Of a stretch of DNA of 19,161 nucleotides, positions 1-9,022 are shown in pieces. Each line of letters opens with the position of its first letter. Positions within the stretch are counted from its first letter, which is position 1. Source of the DNA: Utricularia gibba (taxonomy: Eukaryota; Plantae; Magnoliophyta); the NCBI GenBank assembly GCA_002189035.1, contig NEEC01000425.1:1-19161 (forward strand), read 5' to 3'. Both the position numbers and the translations under genes were made by a program. The notes below the pieces were generated by a model, which did no database searches, was not told the DNA's origin, and saw nothing but the letters and a program-made list of their open reading frames with translations.

Positions 1-215
1 ATCATGAATTTCGTGGCATCACTTATCCCAACACTATTATACTCCAGGTACGCAAAAATGTTTACTTTTAACGAATCCGTGCACGTGTGATTTTTAGGCT
101 GCACCCCGAATGGTGATGCGCAATGAAATGACTAGGTCGCACATCCTGGTCCACGAAGCACCTCTTCCAAAACATGCAGATCCTAACTCTTCATAGCACA
201 TTGGGAAGCCCGATT

Positions 216-246
216 CGAGCTCCAAGTAGTATAATTTGGAGTTTCG
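216..246. other. Stem-loop present in nearly every monomer (example copy)
   Basis: CGAGCTCCAA-GTAGTATAAT-TTGGAGT(T)TCG: a perfect CTCCAA/TTGGAG core extended by a G-T pair, one bulged T and three more pairs. The inverted repeat is seen directly; function is not shown. Confidence 0.6.
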
Positions 247-564
247 TTTGTCCGATAACTGTGGACATATTAAAAACAAACCACAACGAAAAGTGTCTTA
301 CGTGTCCTTCCTTGGTGGCTGCGTTTAATATTGTGCTTCTCGTTCTCGAAATTGATGCAACAAGATACACGGAAAAAGATCAAATAGCCACTAGAGACAT
401 GGTGTATGGGAATGGTGCATCAAGAATCAGAAGTATATATGGCAACTAATTGAATCAATCAACAGCCAAAACATATGGTGTCAAACTTCATCGGATATGC
501 GATCAAGATGGAAAAAAGTCACATGTTACATCATGAATTTCGTGGCATCACTTATCCAAACACT

Positions 565-604
565 ATTATACTCCAGGTACGCAAAAATGTTTACTTTTAA
601 CGAA
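565..604. other. Hypervariable AT-rich block, allele X (example copy; allele Y example at 1090-1130)
   Basis: X = ATTATACTCCAGGTACGCAAAAATGTTTACTTTTAACG; Y = GTTGTATACTCAGGATATGCGTAAATATTTATTTTTTAACA; about 10 differences in ~41 bp. Confidence 0.9.
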
Positions 605-3600
605 TCCAGTGCACGTGTGATTTTTCGGCTGCACCCCGAATGGTGATGCGCAATGAAATGACTATGTCGCACATCCTGGTCCACGAAGCACCTCTTCCAA
701 AACATGCAGATGCTAACTCTTCTAGCACACATTGGGAAGCCCTATTCGTGCTCCAAGTAGTATAATTTGGAGTTACGTTTGTCCATAACTGTGGACATAT
801 TAAAAACAAACAAACGAAAGTGTCTTACGTGTCCTTCCTTGGTGGCTGCGTTTAATAATGTGCTTCTCGTTCTCGAAATTGATGCAAACAAGATACACGG
901 CAAAAGAATCAAATAGCCACTAGAGACATGGTGTAAGGGAATGGTGCATCAAGAATCAGAAGTATCATAGCAACTAATTGCATCAATCAACTGCCAAAAT
1001 ATGGTGTCAAACTTCATCGGATATGCGATCAAGATGGAAAAAAGTCACATGTTACATCATGAATTTCGTGGCATCACTTATCCAACACTGTTGTATACTC
1101 AGGATATGCGTAAATATTTATTTTTTAACAAATCCGGTGCACGTGTGATTTTTAGGGCTGCACCCGAATGGTGATGCGCAATGAAATGACTATGGTCGCA
1201 CATCCTGGTCCACGAAGCACCTCTTCCAAAACATGCAGATCTAACTCTTCATAGCACACCATTGGGAAGCCCGATTCGAGCTCCAAGTAGTATAATTTGG
1301 AGTTTCGTTTGTCCGATAACTGTGGACATATTAAAAACAACCACAACGAAAAGTGTCTTACGTGTCTTCCTTGGTGGCTGCGTTTAATATTGTGCTTCTC
1401 GTTCTCGAAATTGATGCAAACAAGATACACGGCAAAAGAATCAAATAGCCACTAGAGACATGGTGTATGGGAATGGTGCATCAAGAATCAGAAGTATCAT
1501 GGCAACTAATTGAATCAATCAACAGCCAAAACATATGGTGTCAAACTTCATCGGATATGCGATCAAGATGGAAAAAAGTCACATGTTACATCATGAATTT
1601 CGTGGCATCACTTATCCAACACTGTTGTATACTCAGGATATGCGTAAATATTTATTTTTTAACAAATCCAGTGCACGTGTGATTTTTAGGCTGCACCCGA
1701 ATGGTGATGCGCAATGAAATGACTATGTCGCACATCCTGGTCCACGAAGCACCTCTTCCAAAACATGCAGAGCCTAACTCTTCATAGCACACCATTGGGA
1801 AGCCCTATTCGTGCTCCAAGTAGTATAATATGGAGTTACGTTTGTCCGATAACTGTGGACATATTAAAAAAAAACCACAACGAAAAGTGTCTTACGTGTC
1901 CTTCCTTGGTGGCTGCGTTTAATATGTGCTTCTCGTTCTCGAAATTGATGCAAAAAGATACACGGCAAAAGAATCAAATAGCCACTAGAGACATGGTGTA
2001 AGGGAATGGTGCATCAAGAATCAGAAGTATCATAGCAACTAATTGCATCAATCAACTGCCAAAACATATGGTGTCAAACTTCATCGGATATGCGATCAAG
2101 ATGGAAAAAAGTCACATGTTACATCATGAATTTCGTGGCATCACTTATCCAACACTATTATACTCCAGGTATGCAAAAATGTTTATTTTTAACGAATCCA
2201 GTGCACGTGTGATTTTTAGGCTGCACCCGAATGGTGATGCGCAATGAAATGACTAGGTCGCACATCCTGGTCCACGAAGCACCTCTTCCAAAACATGCAG
2301 ATCCTAACTCTTCATAGCACACCATTGGGAAGCCCGATTCGAGCTCCAAGTAGTATAATTTGGAGTTTCGTTTGTCCGATAACTGTGGACATATTAAAAA
2401 CAAACCACAACGAAAAGTGTCTTACGTGTCTTCCTTGGTGGCTGCGTTTATATTGTGCTTCTCGTTCTCGAAATTGATGCAAGCAAGATACACGGAAAAA
2501 GAATCAAATAGCCACTAGAGACATGGTGTATGGGAATGGTGCATCAAGAATCAGAAGTATCATGGCAACTAATTGAATCAATCAACAGCCAAAACATATG
2601 GTGTCAAACTTCATCGGATATGCGATCAAGATGGAAAAAAGTCACATGTTACATCATGAATTTCGTGGCATCACTTATCCCAACACTTATACTCCAGGTA
2701 CGCAAAAATGTTTACTTTTAACGAATCCAGTGCACGTGTGATTTTTGGCTGCACCCGAATGGTGATGCGCAATGAAATGACTATGGTCGCACATCCTGGT
2801 CCACGAAGCACCTCTTCCAAAACATGCAGATGCTAACTCTTCATAGCACACCATTGGGAAGCCCTATTCGTGCTCCAAGTAGTATAATTTGGAGTTTCGT
2901 TTGTCCGATAACTGTGGACATATTAAAAACAAACCACAACGAAAAGTGTCTTACGTGTCCTTCCTTGGTGGCTGCGTTTAATAATGTGCTTCTCGTTCTC
3001 GAAATTGATGCAAACAAGATACACGGCAAAAGAATCAAATAGCCACTAGAGACATGGTGTAAGGGAATGGTGCATCAAGAATCAGAAGTATCATAGCAAC
3101 TAATTGCATCAATCAACTGCCAAAAATATGGTGTCAAACTTCATCGGATATGCGATCAAGATGGAAAAAAGTCACATGTTACATCATGAATTTCGTGGCA
3201 TCACTTATCCAACACTGTTGTATACTCAGGATATGCGTAAATATTTTATTTTTAACAAATCCGGTGCACGTGTGATTTTTAGGCTGCACCCGAATGGTGA
3301 TGCGCAATGAAATGACTATGTCGCACATCCTGGTCCACGAAGCACCTCTTCCAAAACATGCAGATGCTAACTCTTCATAGCACACCATTGGGAAGCCCGA
3401 TTCGAGCTCCAAGTAGTATAATTTGGAGTTTCGTTTGTCCGATAACTGTGGACATATTAAAAACAAACCACAACGAAAAGTGTCTTACGTGTCCTTCTTG
3501 GTGGCTGCGTTTAATATTGTGCTTCTCGTTCTCGAAAATTGATGCAAACAAGATACACGGCAAAAGAAAAATAGCCATAGAGACATGGTGTATGGGAATG

Positions 3601-6600
3601 GTGCATCAAGAATCAGAAGTATCATGGCAACTAATGAATCAATCAACAGCCAAAACATATGGTGTCAAACTTCATCGGATATGCGATCAAGATGGAAAAA
3701 AGTCACATGTTACATCATGAATTTCGTGGCATCACTTATCCCAACACTGTTGTATACTCAGGATATGCGTAAATATTTATTTTTAACAAATCCGTGCACG
3801 TGTGATTTTTAGGCTGCACCCGGAATGGTGATGCGCAATGAAATGACTATGTCGCACATCCTGGTCCACGAAGCACCTCTTCCAAAACATGCAGAGCCTA
3901 ACTCTTCATAGCACACCATTGGGAAGCCCTATTCGTGCTCCAAGTAGTATAATATTGGAGTTACGTTTGTCCGATAACTGTGGACATATTAAAACAAACC
4001 ACAACGAAAAGTGTCTTACGTGTCCTTCCTTGGTGGCTGCGTTTAATAATGTGCTTCTCGTTCTCGAAATTGATGCAAACAAGATACACGGCAAAAGAAT
4101 CAAATAGCCACTAGAGACATGGTGTAAGGGAATGGTGCATCAAGAATCAGAAGTATCATAGCAACTAATTGAATCAATCAACAGCCAAAACATATGGTGT
4201 CAAACTTCATCGGATATGCGATCAAGATGGAAAAAAGTCACATGTTACATCATGAATTTCGTGGCATCACTTATCCAACACTGTTGTATACTCAGGATAT
4301 GCGTAAAATTTATTTTTAACAAATCCGGTGCACGTGTGATTTTTAGGCTGCACCCCGAATGGTGATGCGCAATGAAATGACTATGTCGCACATCCTGGTC
4401 CACGAAGCACCTCTTCCAAAACATGCAGATGCTAACTCTTCATAGCACACCATTGGGAAGCCCTATTCGTGCTCCAAGTAGTATAATTTGGAGTTTCGTT
4501 TGTCCATAACTGTGGACATATTAAAAACAACCACAACGAAAAGTGTCTTACGTGTCCTTCCTTGGTGGCTGCGTTTAATATGTGCTTCTCGTTCTCGAAA
4601 TTGATGCAAAATACACGGCAAAAGAATCAAATAGCCACTAGAGACATGGTGTATGGGAATGGTGCATCAAGAATCAGAAGTATCATGGCAACTAATTGAA
4701 TCAATCAACAGCCAAAACATATGGTGTCAAACTTCATCGGATATGCGATCAAGATGGAAAAAAGTCACATGTTACATCATGAATTTCGTGGCATCACTTA
4801 TCCAACACTGTTGTATACTCAGGATATGCGTAAATATTTATTTTTAACAAATCCAGTGCACGTGTGATTTTTGGGCTGCACCCGAATGGTGATGCGCAAT
4901 GAAATGACTATGTCGCACATCCTGGTCCACGAAGCACCTCTTCCAAAACATGCAGAGCTAACTCTTCATAGCACACCATTGGGCAGCCCTATTCGTGCTC
5001 CAAGTAGTATAATTGGAGTTACGTTTGTCCGATAACTGTGGACATATTAAAAACAACCAACGAAAAGTGTCTTACGTGTCCTTCCTTGGTGGCTGCGTTT
5101 AATAATGTGCTTCTCGTTCTCGAAATTGATGCAAAAGATACACGGCAAAAGAATCAAATAGCCACTAGAGACATGGTGTAAGGGAATGGTGCATCAAGAA
5201 TCAGAAGTATCATAGCAACTAATTGAATCAATCAACAGCCAAAACATATGGTGTCAAACTTCATCGGATATGCGATCAAGATGGAAAAAAGTCACATGTT
5301 ACATCATGAATTTCGTGGCATCACTTATCCAACACTGTTGTATACTCAGGATATGCGTAAATATTTATTTTTAACAATCCGGTGCACGTGTGATTTTTAG
5401 GCTGCACCCGAATGGTGATGCGCAATGAAATGACTATGTCGCACATCCTGGTCCACGAAGCACCTCTTCCAAAACATGCAGATGCTAACTCTTCATAGCA
5501 CACCATTGGGAAGCCTATTCGTGCTCCAAGTAGTATAATTTGGAGTTTCGTTTGTCCGATAACTGTGGACATATTAAAAACAAACCACAACGAAAAGTGT
5601 CTTACGTGTCCTTCCTTGGTGGCTGCGTTTAATATTGTGCTTCTCGTTCTCGAAATTGATGCAAACAAGATACACGGCAAAAGAATCAAATAGCCACTAG
5701 AGACATGGTGTATGGGAATGGTGCATCAAGAATCAGAAGTATCATGGCAACTAATTGAATCAATCAACAGCCAAAACATATGGTGTCAAACTTCATCGGA
5801 TATGCGATCAAGATGGAAAAAAGTCACATGTTACATCATGAATTTCGTGGCATCACTTATCCCAACACTGTTGTATACTCAGGATATGCGTAAATATTTA
5901 TTTTTTAACAAATCCAGTGCACGTGTGATTTTTAGGCTGCACCCGAATGGTGATGCGCAATGAAATGACTATGTCGCACATCCTGGTCCACGAAGCACCT
6001 CTTCCAAAACATGCAGATGCTAACTCTTCCTAGCACACCATTGGGAAGCCCTATTCGTGCTCCAAGTAGTATATTGGAGTTACGTTTGTCCGATAACTGT
6101 GGACATATTAAAAACAAACCACAACGAAAAGTGTCTTACGTGTCCTTCCTTTGGTGGCTGCGTTTAATAATGTGCTTCTCGTTCTCGAAATTGATGCAAA
6201 CAAGATACACGGCAAAAGAATCAAATAGCCACTAGAACATGGTGTAAGGGAATGGTGCATCAAGAATCAGAAGTATCATAGCAACTAATTGCATCAATCA
6301 ACAGCCAAAACATATGGTGTCAAACTTCATCGGATATGCGATCAAGATGGAAAAAAGTCACATGTTACATCATGAATTTCGTGGCATCACTTATCCAACA
6401 CTGTTGTATACTCAGGATATGCGTAAATATTTTATTTTTAACAAATCCGGTGCACGTGTGATTTTTAGGCTGCACCCGAATGGTGATGCGCAATGAAATG
6501 ACTATGTCGCACATCCTGGTCCACGAAGCACCTCTTCCAAAACATGCAGATGCTAACTCTTCATAGCACACCATTGGGAAGCCCTATTCGTGCTCCAAGT

Positions 6601-9022
6601 AGTATAATTTGGAGTTACGTTTGTCCGATAACTGTGGACATATTAAAAACAAACACAACGAAAAGTGTCTTACGTGTCCTTCCTTGGTGGCTGCGTTTAA
6701 TATTGTGCTTCTCGTTCTCGAAATTGATGCAAACAAGATACACGGCAAAAGAATCAAATAGCCACTAGAGACATGGTGTATGGGAATGGTGCATCAAGAA
6801 TCAGAAGTATCATGGCAACTAATTGAATCAATCAACAGCCAAAACATATGGTGTCAAACTTCATCGGATATGCGATCAAGATGGAAAAAAGTCACATGTT
6901 ACATCATGAATTTCGTGGCATCACTTATCCCAACACTGTTGTATACTCAGGATATGCGTAAATATTTATTTTTAACAAATCCAGTGCACGTGTGATTTTT
7001 AGGCTGCACCCCGAATGGTGATGCGCAATGAAATGACTATGTCGCACATCCTGGTCCACGAAGCACCTTTCCAAAACATGCAGAGCCTAACTCTTCATAG
7101 CACACCATTGGGCAGCCCTATTCGTGCTCCAAGTAGTATAATTGGAGTTACGTTTGTCCGATAACTGTGGACATATTAAAAACAAACCACAACGAAAAGT
7201 GTCTTACGTGTCCTTCCTTGGTGGCTGCGTTTAATAATGTGCTTCTCGTTCTCGAAATTGATGCAAACAAGATACACGGCAAAAGAATCAAATAGCCACT
7301 AGAGACATGGTGTAAGGGAATGGTGCATCAAGAATCAGAAGTATCATGCAACTAATTGCATCAATCAGCCAAAACATATGGTGTCAAACTTCATCGGATA
7401 TGCGATCAAGATGGAAAAAAGTCACATGTTACATCATGAATTTCGTGGCATCACTTATCCCAACACTGTTGTATACTCAGGATATGCGTAAAATTTATTT
7501 TTAACAAATCCAGTGCACGTGTGATTTTTAGGCTGCACCCCGAATGGTGATGCGCAATGAAATGACTATGTCGCACATCCTGGTCCACGAAGCACCTCTT
7601 CCAAAACATGCAGATGCTAACTCTTCATAGCACACCATTGGGAAGCCCTATTCGCTCCAAGTAGTATAATTTGGAGTTACGTTTGTCCCATAACTGTGGA
7701 CATATTAAAACAAACCACAACGAAAAGTGTCTTACGTGTCCTTCCTTGGTGGCTGCGTTTAATAATGTGCTTCTCGTTCTCGAAATTGATGCAAAATACA
7801 CGGCAAAAGAATCAAATAGCCACTAGAGACATGGTGTATGGGAATGGTGCATCAAGAATCAGAAGTATCATGGCAACTAATTGCATCAATCAACAGCCAA
7901 AACATATGGTGTCAAACTTCATCGGATATGCGATCAAGATGGAAAAAAGTCACATGTTACATCATGAATTTCGTGGCATCACTTATCCAACACTATTATA
8001 CTCCAGGTACGCAAAAATGTTTACTTTTAACGAATCCAGTGCACGTGTGATTTTTAGGCTGCACCGAATGGTGATGCGCAATGAAATGACTATGTCGCAC
8101 ATCCTGGTCCACGAAGCACCTCTTCCAAAACATGCAGATCCTAACTCTTCCTAGCACACCATTGGGAGCCCTATTCGAGCTCCAAGTAGTATAATTTGGA
8201 GTTTCGTTTGTCCGATAACTGTGGACATATTAAAAAAACCACAACGAAAAGTGTCTTACGTGTCCTTCCTTGGTGGCTGCGTTTAATATTGTGCTTCTCG
8301 TTCTCGAAATTGATGCAAGCAAGATACACGGAAAAAGAATCAAATAGCCACTAGAGACATGGTGTAAGGGAATGGTGCATCAAGAATCAGAAGTATCATG
8401 GCAACTAATTGAATCAATCAACAGCCAAAACATATGTGTCAAACTTCATCGGATATGCGATCAAGATGGAAAAAAGTCACATGTTACATCATGAATTTCG
8501 TGGCATCACTTATCCCAACACTATTATACTCCAGGTACGCAAAAATGTTTACTTTTAACGAATCCAGTGCACGTGTGATTTTTCGGCTGCACCCCGAATG
8601 GTGATGCGCAATGAAATGACTAGGTCGCACATCCTGGTCCACGAAGCACCTCTTCCAAAACATGCAGATCCTAACTCTTCATAGCACACCATTGGGAAGC
8701 CCGATTCGAGCTCCAAGTAGTATAATTTGGAGTTTCGTTTGTCCGATAACTGTGGACATATTAAAAACAAACCACAACGAAAAGTGTCTTACGTGTCCTT
8801 CCTTGGTGGCTGCGTTTAATATTGTGCTTCTCGTTCTCGAAATTGATGCAAGCAAGATACACGGAAAAAAGAATCAAATAGCCACTAGAGACATGGTGTA
8901 TGGGAATGGTGCATCAAGAATCAGAAGTATCATGGCAACTAATTGCATCAATCAACAGCCAAAACATATGGTGTCAAACTTCATCGGATATGCGATCAAG
9001 ATGGAAAAAAGTCACATGTTAC

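Larger units (their letters stand above)
1..4248. repeat. Tetrameric (~2.12-kb) duplication: units 1-4 ~ units 5-8
   Basis: Shared variants at lag 4: units 1/5 (ACTAGGTC, AGATCCT, CACGGAAAA); 2/6 (loss of C in CAAAACATATGG); 4/8 (AGAGCCT, TATAATA); variable-block pattern X,X,Y,Y,X,X,Y,Y. Confidence 0.75.
1..8487. repeat. Dimeric higher-order repeat tract 1: (A-B) x8, ~1.06-kb period
   Basis: TGTA[T/A]GGG alternates strictly T,A,T,A over units 1-16; TCAT[G/A]GC agrees except in unit 16 (unit 14 unscorable). Confidence 0.9.

Noticed and set aside
205-225. tRNA/SINE B-box (GATTCGAGCTCC; minus strand GCTCGAATC)
   Set aside because: It mismatches GWTCRANNC, is present only in one allele, and has no A-box or cloverleaf.
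203-232. 5S rDNA array (about 500-bp units; GGGAAGCCC, AGTAGTA and GGATATGCGATCA resemble 5S words)
   Set aside because: The words are in the wrong order and spacing, no ~120-nt 5S gene with its internal control boxes can be aligned, and there is no T-run terminator in the expected place.
230-235. Bacterial sigma-70 -10 box TATAAT
   Set aside because: No -35 element sits at 16-18 bp spacing, the sequence is in the hairpin loop of a satellite, and nothing indicates prokaryotic context.
288-308. CxxC (KCLTC) as a zinc-finger or thioredoxin motif in the recurring ORF
   Set aside because: It is an isolated motif with no partner ligands at canonical spacing and is expected by chance.
389-395. 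CACTA transposon end or Helitron CTAG terminus (GCCACTAGAG)
   Set aside because: There is no matching TAGTG end, no subterminal repeats or target-site duplication, and no GC-rich hairpin just upstream of CTAG.
1151-1157. Plant telomere motif TTTAGGG
   Set aside because: It is a single copy produced by a 1-bp variant of TTTTTAGGCT in unit 3; there are no tandem telomeric repeats.
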